Notes: generated from the sequence alone by a model not told the origin. A stretch of DNA of 38,816 bases from Polymyxa betae A26-41 (GCA_003693705.1 RBZT01000318.1:1-38816), one strand, 5' to 3'. Numbered from the stretch's first letter, positions 23,695 to 36,601 are shown. A program made the numbers and translations.

Positions 23695-25157
23695 GAACAC
23701 TTGTTAAAATCAACGGTGATGGCAAACGCACTCTGGGTTCGGTTCAAGCGTCTCGCCGCCTCCAGTCTCATTTTTCACTGTCTACAACTGATTTGCCCTA
23801 GATAGACTAGCTAGCATCCTCTGCAATCTGTACAAAGCGAACAAACAGACAGCCAATATCATTTTGAAGTCGAGTGGGAGGATTCAAACTAGGTAACGTT
23901 TTATGGGTGTGATGCCGAAATGACAGTAATGAGGGTTTCTAGCGATGGGTGGCGCCACTTTACAAGCACCATTACTTCTACAAGGATTTGAACATGTCAA
24001 CTCCAAGAAGGCCATGCATAATGCCTCCCCATCATTTCAATGGAGTGCCACGCGAGCAGCACTGGAATTTATCAAACGAAGCGGGCTCAAGTTACTGGGG
24101 CTCCAGCCGAGTCGTTTGGGATCTGAAGATGAGGAAGCAGATTCATCATCTCTTGATCATGGCCGGATGACGACTGCTGATGTTTTCCAAAACCCCAAAC
24201 TAAGTGATCAATGACGTGTCTCATGAAGGTTTCATGGTGTTCATCCTACTTGTAGTTTACACAGTGTGCATACTCTTCATCTCAGCTGGTTATATTGAAC
24301 TAGAATCTGATCATGGAGGTCAGACTTCCCATTAGTTTGTCTACAACGTTCTGACTACGGTTGTTAGATGGGCATATTGACCACCAAACTGAGCACAGTA
24401 CGTCTCAGATTTCATGCTTTTTTTAATGCGCGTTTTGGGCTGATTGTTTGTAGTTGGTGACGGTCACCATGGCCGCCATTCAGCCCATCAACACTGAAGG
24501 CATTGACAATAAATAATCAAAAGATTCTTGTTTTGGTCTAACTTCGTGACAGAGTAGAAGTTGAGGTATGATGTTCTAGAAAACTAATATTTAAAAATAG
24601 ATTTTTAGCTCTACGAGTCCAAAGAAAGAGAATTGGTATCTTTCAAATGAGACTATACTTCGATGTCGTGTCAATAGAAACGGAAGTCACAAGATGGACA
24701 ACCAATGCATTGCTGCTGAGAAGATCTTTTGCCTCACATCCCTAATTCAACCCTAACCACGTCGTGGATGTTGGTGCTTATTCTGAAATTTTGCATATCG
24801 CATCCTGATTGGTCTTCCCGATTCGAAATCTTCAGATGGTCACGTTCAATAGGCAACAGCATACTCAAAGAAAACCAGCAAGAACAACGGAATCATGCTG
24901 TTTGCTGATTGCTGTATCTAGGCATCCAGGCGTCGCTACATATGACGGGCGGTCGGGACTAAACTTGTCTATTAGTTTCAGAAAGGAAACCAGGAAACGA
25001 TTTCTCATCTCTATTTCGAAAGTCGGCTCCTGCAGCGCCGCAGTGACAGCAGCGGAAAACAACAGATCTTAGAGACGATCGCGGCATTCGTCGACCAATC
25101 ATCGTCATCGAGATAATCTCAAGCAGAACATTCCAGAGCCACTCTTATGGAAGTCGA

Positions 25158-25219
25158 ACGCATCCTGAGAGCCCATCACGTTTTAACATTGCACGCATCC
25201 TGAGAGCCCATCGCGTTTT
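25158..25219. repeat. Direct repeat, two 27-nt copies at a 35-nt period
   Basis: acgcatcctgagagcccatcacgtttt (25158-25184) and acgcatcctgagagcccatcgcgtttt (25193-25219), one mismatch. Confidence 0.9.
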
Positions 25220-25826
25220 GTTGAATCAAGCTGTAGGATTTATTAGAGTTTAGGAGGTCGATCAATCTTGGTCTAGTTACGATGCATCGAAACCCATTAC
25301 AGGACGGCAAGAAATGAGCTCGAATATGGTTTGCGAGTTCGGCGGCTACGTAACTGTACACGAAAAGACACGCGTTGGAAAATGTTTTATATTAACTTTG
25401 TACACACGAGAATCCATGAAAAAGGCAACATCGAATCGCTTTTCTTACTTTCTGAACGATGCTGCCACGCAATAGGAGCAGGGGCAATCATCTCGATCAG
25501 ATGTGGCAGCGATGTGTTTGGATAATCCCGGAAGCAATTCAATCAGCCTTCTTTTGATTGTGGGAGATGATGTCATCTCAAAGCAAGCAGGTCGTCATAG
25601 CACATGAAGTCGCTATTTGATAATTTCGATGTCTTTTTCAACGGATTCTCTAACGATCATCAACGCCACCTAACTCCAAACGAAACAAGGGTCGCCAGAC
25701 TTCATTAGGATTTTTGCAAAAGGAAGCCTCCTGGTCGGATGATGACACCTCGCGTGACTCAATATCCATTGCCTTGCAATGATTGCGACCAGATATTGGT
25801 GGTCATTCTGAAAAAGTTAACGAACT

Positions 25827-26133
25827 ATGCAATTCTGGGCCATCTTGCTACTCATCGTTGTTGTCCTGATCGGGTTTATTCGAGCCGGCAACATCGAGTT
25901 AGAAGTGGAACACGGAGGTATGTTATATCGCTCCTACCTTCATGCAATTGTGCTAAATGACGACTTTCAGACGGTCACATTGATCATCACCATGAAGACT
26001 GTAAGAACCTCTTTGGACTTTTTTCACTGATATTCAGATATTTGCAGACGAAGACCACCATCATGGGCATCACCACGATCATGGGCATGAGCACAGCGAC
26101 GAAGATGACGATGATGACGACGACGATTATTAG
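25827..26133 (+). CDS. Secreted His/Asp-rich microprotein, 68 aa, 3 exons (25827-25917, 25971-26000, 26048-26133)
   Basis: Introns 25918-25970 (GTATGT..CAG) and 26001-26047 (GTAAGA..CAG) give MQFWAILLLIVVVLIGFIRA-GNIELEVEHGDGHIDHHHEDYEDHHHGHHHDHGHEHSDEDDDDDDDDY*. Confidence 0.8.
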
Positions 26134-26926
26134 ATTGCACCATTTAAGTGGATGTAATAGAATATAACGATAATGTGACCGCCTAGAGATATGATCGATA
26201 ACGACAGCAGATGATCTAAAGAGTATAGTTGGCCTGGCTGAGACTTGCTTCCTTTCACATGTAACAATCTACAACGTATCGAAGATTAGCTCTGGCAAGC
26301 GTGGGCGGGTATAACCCCTGCTTCAATTCGGAATTGTTTTCCTGATCTACCGCTCCAGTAAATGTACTGAGGCCGATCACATTAATAGAAGCCATCACGA
26401 TAGCAAAGTAATCAATTTAAACTGGGTGACGAACAGAGCTCAGTATTTGGAATTGGTCAATGGAAGATCAGCTGAGCCTGAAGCGGTCAAGACGACTTCC
26501 TGTTGACGAACAGAAGTCTTCATGATGTCATGACCAACTTGCAATGACCCATGATATGCTCTCCTAACAATGGAGAGGTCCCCTCCTCAATGCTCTCAGT
26601 TTTCAATCGCTCTCTTGTCGGCCGGCCGGGTATTGAGATGGGCCATAGTCACAAAAAGTCGGATTCTCGAATCAAAAACATTTTCGTTAACAGATCGCTT
26701 GGCAATCGCCAAACCGCTTTGACTCATGACGCCATTTTTACAGAAAAAGATGGCTTCATCATGGGCCAGTTTCACTCTTGTGGCATCGTCATGCATAGTT
26801 GGATTTCGTGATATCATGAAACTTGTTCCTCACGAAGGGTCCAGTTTAAAAAATCGTCAGATACCACAATGATCCCATACTGTACTGCTTTGTCAATGAA
26901 GAAGCGATTTGCTAGAATCCAGAATT

Positions 26927-26992
26927 GAAGACGCCGCTTCTAGCATAGATGATGACGACGAAGACGCCGCTTTCAGCATAGATGATGACGAC
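26927..26992. repeat. 33-nt tandem duplication
   Basis: gaagacgccgcttctagcatagatgatgacgac followed directly by gaagacgccgctttcagcatagatgatgacgac. Confidence 0.9.
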
Positions 26993-27033
26993 GACACTGT
27001 TAATCATTCAGATGCATCAAATAAATGGAGACT

Positions 27034-27582
27034 TTATCTATCCCATATAGAGCGTCGTATCCTATCCAAAGCACCTGTGGAGCTAGAAACAGGGCCGAAT
27101 CTTTCCGGTGGCCAAACAATCCAGGCCGCTTTGGAATGCAATAGCGATATCGGCTCGGCGCCAGCAACAGCGCTGCCTTCAAGCCAAACACAGCCCTGAG
27201 GCACAAGAACAAGCTTCTCGTCATCTAACATTACCCAATCGTTGGTTAAGCCGACCAGCTTTGCCAGCTTGCTATCATGGCCGTTATCACGAAGCTCAAA
27301 TTTTGAACAAACTCTTACAGATTCTGGCGACTTTGATACGAGTAATGGGCCATAATTGAACCTCGCTCTAGTATGCGACGAACGCGAACCGAAAAACGAT
27401 CAAGAAGAACAATGTCGCCTTTAACATTTCAATATAGGCATTAACGCGTTTGAAGAATCCCGACCTCGATGTAGATTGGGACTCAGGTTGTCATCCCGAA
27501 TGACCATTGCCGAGCCGATGAAATCTGGAACGATGACAGCGGCACCGAACAAGATCCATAGCGTCCGCTTGGGAACCAGCAT
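27034..27582 (-). CDS. Mitochondrial inner membrane peptidase IMP1/IMP2 (S26)-like protein lacking catalytic residues, 3 exons (27582-27465, 27418-27319, 27271-27034), 151 aa
   Basis: Spliced: ...FIGSAMVIRDDNLSPNLHRGDIVLLDRFS...LERGSI...KLAKLVGLTNDWV...VLVPQGCVWLEG...ISLLHSKAAWIVWPPERFGPV. The GDIVL, VPxGxVWLEG and IVWPPxRFG motifs occur in IMP order. Introns are 46 and 47 nt. Confidence 0.78.
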
Positions 27583-28025
27583 GCCCGCCCTGGATCGCGA
27601 GTCTGTTCAAGCTCACCGCATTCTTTGTGGGTGCTGCTCTGATAGTGGAACTTAGTATGGCCGTATCAATGATTTTATAGATAAATAATAATGCAAGAAA
27701 CTGAAGCTGTGTCTAGACTTATATGATGTGCAAATATACTCCATGGCAGCCGACATTATTTTCTCAACAATGGTAAGAAAATGTTTTAACGGATCACAGC
27801 ATTTGCGTGCTGATTTGCAGTTTCAAAGTCCAGGATGATTGCAATTGTGTTCAGTCTATTGAGAGAGCAAAGTGAGTTTGTTGAAGATTTGACAGAATCC
27901 AGAGCCGAATAACGGTACCCAAGTGCCCAGCTCAGACAATTCAAGCTAGCTTGAGGGAAGCTTGAGACAATGTACAGTGGGTCTGTATTATATAATGCAA
28001 TTTCAAAGTGCTGACAAATGTAGCT

Positions 28026-31000
28026 TTACCAGGCGATTTTTGCCAAAAATGACTTCGGATACGCACGAACGAGGGCCTTTCGGGTCTCATCCACGCAAAC
28101 AATGCCAACAGCGAACCCGAACGGAATGAACCAATACTTGACCGGGATCGGTGCTGTACCGAAGACAGTTTGGATCCCAGGGCCATATAGAGAAATGATG
28201 CACACGAGAATGCTACCAATCATGGCTAAGAACACGACGAGGTTCTTCCTCGGGCCACTGAACGGGTTCGACTCCAATAATGAAACTGAGCGGTTACGGA
28301 TGGAGAAGAGCGTCCCGAACTGGCAAATGGCCATAGTGACATAGTAAATACATTGACCGACACTGACATACGAGTTCAGCTGATCGAGCGATTTCCCGGC
28401 CCAGCCATCGCCCCATTTGTCATACGCGAGAACAAGATCGTAGAAACGTATGCCTTGTTCACTCATATACATGAACCACATGCCCATAGCTGAAAGCCAA
28501 ATACACGGCCCGATAATCAGATAGATCTGGATGAAGAAGCGCCAATCTGTCAGGCGACCGGTTCGAGCATTTCGAGGCGGGCGCTCCATTAGATTCGATT
28601 CCGCGTTTTCGAACATCAGAGAGATGGACATGATAATATCGTTCGTAACGCAGAACAAAACTTGCTGGAACGAAGATAACGGGATTTGCATGCCGAAGAT
28701 CACATTGGCAATTACGGCGATGAACTCAGTATAGGTACCTGCAATGAGCAATATCATTACGGGTTCCTCGAGATGGCGACGAAACACGTTTTACCTGCCG
28801 GCATGACATATAGTACCACTTTTTTCAAATTCTCAAACACGAGACGGCCGTTTTCAATGCCAACAAGCAACGATGAGAAATCGTTGTTCAGAAGAATCAT
28901 TGCAGCGGCTTCCTTGGCGACGTCAGTTCCTGATCCCATAGCTACACCGATATCGGCTGCTTTCAGAGCTGGAGCGTCGTTGGTGCCATCCCCCGTCACT
29001 GCAACAACGTTGTCACCTCGTTTTTTCAGATTCTCGACAATAAGCAGCTTCTGTTCCGGCGTCGTTCGAGCGAATACCATCTCTGAGAACATGGTGGCAA
29101 TATAGTCCCAGTCGTTGTCTTTCAACGCATCCAACTGAGCTCCATTAACTACAATCGTTCGAACTGTATCCTCAGCAGAGGGTCGCATATCATGCAACAG
29201 GAGGTCAGTCTTTAATGGCATCGACTTCTTCAAATCATCCAAATCTCCGAGACGATGTACTTTTTCGCTGGTGATGATCCCGACTTGTCTTGCAATTGAG
29301 CAAGCAGTCAGTTCGAAATCGCCAGTCACCTAACGCACCAATTGTCAAAGCTTTATGAGAGAATTCTGAAACCAAACCGGACAGAGTCTTTCAAAATGGA
29401 AGCTTTTGGCAGAATTCGGCATGAAGAGAAAACAAGAAACCTACCATGAAGACGCGAACGCCTGCTCGACGAATGGCTTTGACTGCTTCTAAAACATCAG
29501 CTCGAGGCGGATCCCGAAGAGCTAACATGCCAATCACAGTCATACTCTGCATTGAGGCCAGCACGAATTTCTCCAACGCATCCTGATTGCCGAGTGGTAA
29601 CTGCACATCCTTTAAAGAACGTTGACACAGGGCGAGAACTCGAAGGCCTTCACTACTGGCTTCATCTTGAACGCGGCCGATTTCCTGCAATTCGCTTTTG
29701 CCGAGGTCAACGACGCCGCCTTTAGAGTTCATCACTTTGTTGCATCCTTGCAGCAAGATATCCGGGGCTCCCTTGACCAGCAGAAGAGCAGGCTCCGCGC
29801 CTTTACGTACAATCTTTGCCATGAACTTGTTCTTAGAATTGAACGCCATTGTGAAAATAGTGGTGTAATCATGCAGCGAAGGGAACAATGATCTGAACTG
29901 CTCCGAGTATTTCAGAATAGCGGCATCCGTGGCATCTCCGTTGATAGGGCGATCCGAAATCGGCAAATTTTCGTTTCCAGGAAGGAACTTAGCATCATTG
30001 CAAATCGAGGCGATTATATGCAAAGCTTGCAACGCAGGGTTCTCTTCAGATTCCTTAACTTGCTGATCGCTGCCGATTTCGGGCGTTTTAAGGCTCTTAT
30101 CGAGAAACAGCGAGGAATGAACAGCCATTCGACCGACCGTTAATGTCCCGGTCTTATCTGAGCAAAGAACCGACATGCACCCTAAAGTCTCAACAGTGCT
30201 CAAGTTTTTAACCAGCACTTGACGAGCAGCCATACGACGAGCGATGATCGTCAAAGCCAGAGCGAAACAAACAGGAAGACCTTGTGGAACGAATGCTGCA
30301 AGGCGTAATATCAATAGGCGCACAGATTTCAAAATGCAGAGGCAATCCAGTAGTGATAAAGCTAAACCAAACCGGTATAAAGTTCAAGTACCTGTTAAAC
30401 AGCCAATTGCGTTGATGATAGCGGTGGAAGCGGTTGCGTAATTGGGGTACGACTTACGTATCCAGAATACCCAGACTAGCATCGAGATGCCGAAGAGCGT
30501 GACAGCGACGGCCGAGATGATAACAGTGAAGAAATCGAGCTCAGCCTGGATAGGGGTCTTGACTGTTTTCTGCTTGCTCGACATTTTCAGAATTTGCCCA
30601 ATAACGGTATTATCGCCGATCTGGATCACAACACCACGTCCACGCCCTCGAAGCACAAATGTCGAAGACAAAGCGACGTTTTTCGTTTCCAATGGGTTCT
30701 CGCTGGTCGGCTCGACAGTGCCAGCAACAGCGACACTCTCACCTGTTAGCAGGGATCGGTCGAACTTCAGATCAGAAGAGACCTCAATGAGGCGGACGTC
30801 GGCAGGAATCCGTTGACCCATGGAAAGGAGAACAACGTCACCCACCACAAGCGTGGAGGCATCGATACGCTGCTCTTTTCCATCGCGAATGACGACAGCT
30901 TGGTGCGCCACCAGGTTTTGAATGGACTTCATGATCCTGCTGGCATTCCAGTCGACATAGGCATAGAAGAAGGTCGAAGCGCAGATGACCAATGCCATCA

Positions 31001-31415
31001 AAATTCCAACTCCTAAACCAAAAGGAGGCGCATCAGGGCCGCCTAAAGGTTTCCAGGAGATAAGCGTGAGGATACAGGCGATCCACATTAGCGCGTTGAA
31101 CCCTCCAAACAAGTAGCCGAGGAACTTTTTTACGTAATTGGTCTTGGGTGGACTCAGAACGTTAACACCTTTCAGAGATTTCTCAGTAGCAGCAGCAGAT
31201 GTAAGTCCGTTTTTTGGGTCAGTCGAATAGCCCACGAACAGATCGTCGGGTCGCAACAGATGCGCCTTTATCGGTAACGGCTTCGGTTCCCGATGGGTAC
31301 CATTGATGGTCGCTGCGTTGTTGAAGCTCAGCGTCCTGTAGAGCACCTCGACTTCTGGAAGCGAATCTGTCCGCACAGCGACTTGAAAATCGGAGCCTCT
31401 TCTTACAGAGCCCAT
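28026..31415 (-). CDS. P-type IIC (Na+/K+ or H+/K+ alpha-like, ACU/PAT1-type) cation ATPase, copy A; exons 31415-30392, 30295-29445, 29329-28795, 28738-28026; 1040 aa
   Basis: [73 protein letters not shown]4 reads AFVPQGLP and M5 reads YVMPAGTYTE. Confidence 0.95.
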
Positions 31416-32413
31416 GGCTTCTGGTATTCTGCCCACAGTACAGATTCAACACCTGACTGGCTCAATTGAGCTTGAAACGGCGCCCAGAGTGAGAGGGCAC
31501 ACGACTGACACGTGCTGATACAAGTAATTGAGAATTCAGGAGACTTGATAAACTCAAGTTGATAGTACCGCTGACTAATTCTGAACTGGAGGCCTTTTGA
31601 AGAAAAATCTGGAATACCGAACTTGTTGACTGTCACTATAAACAAGGGAAGCACCTTAAAGCACTACCACGTATTTCTTAGTCACATTTAGTATTTAAAT
31701 TTCGGCGAGACTCGGATAGAACGAATTCCTTGCCATTGAAAAGGCAAAGTCTAGGCCCATCCTTGCTTCTAAAACGAGGTCAAATCCTCGTTATCGAACA
31801 CTGCCGAGAAAGGATATGAGATGCTCTGTCCGATTTGGACGTGACACATGGATCTGTTGCTTGAACCTGGGACTTTATACAATTGAGCGCAATCATCTGC
31901 CATGTACAGTAATTGTAAGCATCGAGATAGAATGATGCTTTGGTACCTACAGTAACATAGGAAAATCCGATTTAGGATAATACCTAGTGAGGCGGTGCAA
32001 CCCTCTCATGTCAATGATGTCATCTCGGGCAGCTGCAGTTTACAGTATCTTTCAACTACCGTATCCAGTAATAGTCGGGATTCGGGAGGATGCAGCGGTG
32101 GCAGGACCGAGCGATGACGGCGGCAGAACGTGGGCTATGGTGGACTGCAAGACAGGCCCTAATCGACCGTTTTTAGTAAAGCCTGCGCCGCAGGCGCTGG
32201 TCTTCTAGGTTTTTCGTTTGGGATTTAGATGTCTCACTAGATGATAAGCAGAATTCTTTCCTAAGTTATCAAACTTAACTGAGTAAATTTTTCGTATTCT
32301 CTAAGGTTGTTATTCACGGATCCAGGGACATGAATATCTTGTTGAAGCTTGGAAGCGGATTCCCATCTGTTGCGAATCTAAAGGTTTGTAAAAGCTTGCT
32401 CCGTATCAGTTAT

Positions 32414-32474
32414 ACCTGACCCAAGTATCAGTTACTCTTGGGTCAGGTCGTTGTGATATACATTATTATATCAC
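32414..32474. repeat. Two adjacent perfect inverted repeats in the divergent promoter region between ATPases A and B
   Basis: acctgacccaag (32414-32425) / cttgggtcaggt (32437-32448) and gtgatata (32453-32460) / tatatcac (32467-32474). Confidence 0.85.
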
Positions 32475-32752
32475 TACTCTTAGATATTGATGTTGGGCAC
32501 TTCGATCAATCCACGACTAAATTCATGCTAGCTTAAAGCGTGGTGCAGACACTATCGCGACATCAACTGTTACGTCAGTGCAGCGAATAATCCCCTCCAA
32601 CCCATTCCGATGAATCGTGTATTTATCTGAAGGCTGCTATCGGCCGTCAACTCGCGTTCATTCAAGAGCTATTTTACGGCCAATATCGTATATAGTTCTG
32701 CTTCCCTCAAGACCGCCGCTCCTCACGTCTAACGTGTTTACATATATCAGTA

Positions 32753-35700
32753 ATGTCAACACTTGCTTCTCAGATCAGCCGACATGAAACACATCCAAGC
32801 ATTCCCGTGCTATATCGGACCTTGAGTGCCAATACCAGCTTTTTCCTTGAGGGCAAACCATTAGAACCGAAATATGAAGAAATTAGAGAGCTCAGTCACT
32901 CCGTTGATGAACTATGTCGTGTGCTGAGCACTCATAGAACACGAGGATTATCGTCCGAGATCGCAAAAGAACGCCATTTGGTACACGGCGCCAACGTTTT
33001 AAGCCCACCAAGAACCAATTATTTCAGAAAGTTTATCGCGTATGTTTTTGGCGGCTTCAACTTTCTCATGTGGATTGCCACTATGTTGGTGTTTATCTCA
33101 TGGAAGCCATTATCTGGCGATCAGGCATCCGCATTTCAGTTGGGTGTTTGCATCATGTTGCTCATTGTAATTGCTATATCGACATTTTTCTATGCGCTCG
33201 TCGACTACAAAGCATCGCGTGCAATGGCATCAATCCAGAGTTTGGTGGCGAATACCGCCATGGTCAAACGCGATGACGAAGTCCTGACAATCGATGCTGA
33301 GACTTTGGTCGTGGGCGATCTCGTTTGTCTGAAACAGGGCCAGCGTGTTCCTGCAGACCTTCGTTTAATCGAAGTTTCATCCGATGCTCGTTTCGACCGA
33401 TCCATTCTGACCGGTGAGAGTAAACCGATTGCGGCCTCAGTGGATCAGACAAGTCCCAATCCGCTCGAATCAAGGAATATGGGACTGTCGTCGACCTTTC
33501 TCGTTCGAGGGAGCGCTCGAGGTGTGGTGATCAAGATCGGGAACGATACTGTGATCGGAAATATTCTGAAAATGTCGATTGCGGGCAATACCAAAACGGC
33601 GATGTCTCCGATCCAGAGAGACATCACCTGCTTCACCATTGCGGTCTCGGTGGTCGCCGTGTTTTTCTTCTGTCTGGCGCTTGCAGTCTGGGGCGGTTGG
33701 ATCCAGTATGCATACCCAGGGTATGAGACTGCCGCTGTTGCTATGATCAACGCCATTGGATGTCTAATCGGTAACCACAAAGAAAAGTCACGACCCGCCT
33801 GTTGCTAACAGAAATTGTTAGCATTCGTTCCGCAAGGTTTGCCGATCTGCTTCGCATTGGCTTTGACTATCATTGCCCGGAGGATGGCAAGACAGAGTGT
33901 CTTGGTGAAGAATCTGAATATGGTCGAAACGCTCGGCTGTATTTCGGTGCTGTGTTCTGATAAAACCGGGACTTTAACAGTTGGAAAGATGGCTGTTGAT
34001 TCAGTCATCTTCATTGACGCCAGCATAACAGTCAGCCAAGGAAGAGTTCCGACCAATCTGACTATGCCTGCCATACCTCAACTACTGAGGATATCTAAAG
34101 TTTGTAATGATGCCATGTTCGAGGCGAATACCGAACATCTACCAGTTCAGGACCGCCCTGTCATTGGTGACGCTACAGATTCGGCCATTTTTCTGTTTGC
34201 TGAGACAATCAGACCGCTATTCCCTGGTATTCCAATGCACGAAATTCTGTTCTCGTTGGCGTTTAATTCGAAAAACAAATTCATGGCGAAGATCGTTGAA
34301 ACAGAGAGTGGCTTAGCGACATTATTGGTGAAAGGCGCTCCCGATATTCTGCTCAAAGCTTCGAGTTATGTGATGCAATCGGATGGGGACGTGGTTAAAA
34401 TCGATTTGGAAAGGAGGCAAGCTATTGTCGATTTAAAAGACAATGCAAGTAGGCAAGGCCATCGAGTGCTCGCTCTATGTGAAAAGCAGCTCGACTCTGA
34501 ATCGATTCCGACTGGACAAGACGCCATGGAGACATTTGTTATGGATGAAACCAGGCACGGCCTGGTAATGATTGGGTTATTGGCTTTAAGAGACCCGCCA
34601 AGGATGGAAGTTCCTAACGCCATTCAAAGGATGCGACATGCTGGTATTCGTGTTCTCATGGTAATGTCAAAATTTCTCGTCATCCGATTTGGTTCAAGAT
34701 TCTGAGTTGATTCAGGTAACTGGAGATTTCAAATTAACAGCCTGCTCTATCGCGACCAGTATTGGAATCATAACGGTTCCTGAAGTGCATATTAAGCGTG
34801 TAGCTGATCTGCCAGACCTGAAAGAAAGAGAGCCATTGCCACATGACCTCAAAACACAGGAGATGCGTCCTGAACAGGATTCTCCTCCCCGTGCTATCGT
34901 CATCAACGGACATGAAATCGAGGGTCTCTTTCAAAATGACTGGGACTTCATTGCCACCAAATTTAACGAGATGGTGTTTGCTCGTACGTCCCCTGAACAA
35001 AAGCTTATTATTGTTGGTAATTTGAAAGATCGCGGTGATAATATTGTGGCAGTTACTGGTGATGGAACAAATGATGCACCGGCCTTAAAAGCAGCTGATG
35101 TTGGTGTCAGTATGGGCAGTGGGACCGATATCGCCAAGGAGGCGGCCACCATGATCTTGCTTAACAACACCTTCTCGTCTTTATTGGTTGGTATCGAAAA
35201 CGGGCGTCTGGTGTTTGAAAATCTAAAAAAGGTTTTACTCTATTTGATGACTGCTGGTATGAGATATCGGTTTCTGCTATGACTGTTTCTGATTTGTCTG
35301 CTTTGACAGGCACGTACACTGAATTTATTGCTGTCGCTTCAAATGCTTTCTTTGGCATGCAAATTCCTTTATCTGCTTTTCAACAAGTGCTGTTCTGCGT
35401 GACAAATGATCTGATCATGTCCATCTCCCTTATGTATGAGAAACCGGAGGCGAACTTGATGGATCGTCCACCCCGGAATGCTCGAACTGATCGACTGACA
35501 GACTGGAGATTTTTTGTTCAGGTTTATATTATCATTGGACCTCTGGTCTGGATTAGCTGTATGGGAATGTGGTTCCTGTATATGAGCACCCAGGGCTTAG
35601 GCTTCTATGATCTGTTTCTTGCTTTCGATCGCTGGATGATTACTTGGCGAGGCAAGTCCTTGGATGATCTTTCAAATGCCGTTTCAACTGGACAGTGCGT

Positions 35701-36022
35701 TTACTATGTAACGATGGCCATTTGTCAGATTGGAACGTTGCTCGCCGTCCGAAATAGAACTGTTTCATTATTCGACTCAAATCCGTTATGGGGTCCACGT
35801 CAGAATCTAGTTATTCTATTCTCGGTTGCTTGCAATATTGCTATATGTATCATTATCTTTTATGGATATTGGATTCAGGTGATATTCAACACAACGCCCA
35901 TCCCTGTCAGCTTTTGGTTTATTCCATTCGGCTTCTTAGCTGCCATTGTCCTTGTCGATGAAATTCGGAAATATTTTGTAAGAAATTATCCAAGATCTCC
36001 TGTTTCAAAAATTGCTTGGTAA
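32753..36022 (+). CDS. P-type IIC (ACU/PAT1-type) cation ATPase, copy B; exons 32753-33770, 33822-34660, 34716-35256, 35310-36022; 1036 aa
   Basis: Same motif set and the same three intron positions as copy A. M4 reads AFVPQGLP, M5 reads YLMTAGTYTE, and the protein ends KIAW*. Confidence 0.95.
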
Positions 36023-36601
36023 GGCTTCATTTATGATTCGTCGACCCAAACATCCAATATGAATAAAGAAATTTAGAAGAATCAAGAAAATGCTAGGAAT
36101 GTGCCTCGCTTGAATTGCAAGCGCTGTGGGCTATTTTAAGACATCATGTAACTCTCAAAGCGAAGCTGCATCAGAATATGGCTTCAGGAGAAAACGGATT
36201 TTCCAAGAACTGCTAACCTTTTCGATGAATTTGTTAACTCAAGTCGACTAATAGCTTTTCTCATAAACTGCAACAATTGGGACACAACATGATTCAGCTC
36301 TAGCTTCTGCAGCTGTGAAACCAACAAAGCTGGATACCGAAAATTTCCAACAATTTTTCTCTGTCCGAAAACCGATCGTTCCAACCAAAAGAGCAATCCT
36401 CTCTGCAGGAAAACAGTCAAAATCAGTATGCAAAAACGGCGTTACAGTTTCCCGTCCCGTCAGCAGAGAAATGGCATCGCTTTGTCTAATACAACTGCAT
36501 TTTGTCCCTGAGGATCCCTAACGTCTGCACTGTAATATTGAATGTTCGTGTTAATATCGTTAATTTAAGAGGGGTGTAAGTCCGAGTCAATTCAGCAATA
36601 A

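Noticed and set aside
23945-24400. Possible decayed retroelement integrase fragment (SDHGGQ, HQTE)
   Set aside because: Similarity too weak; no LTR, RT or intact DDE context.
25158-26992. CRISPR-like interpretation of the short direct repeats
   Set aside because: Only two copies each, no spacers and no cas genes, in a eukaryotic context.
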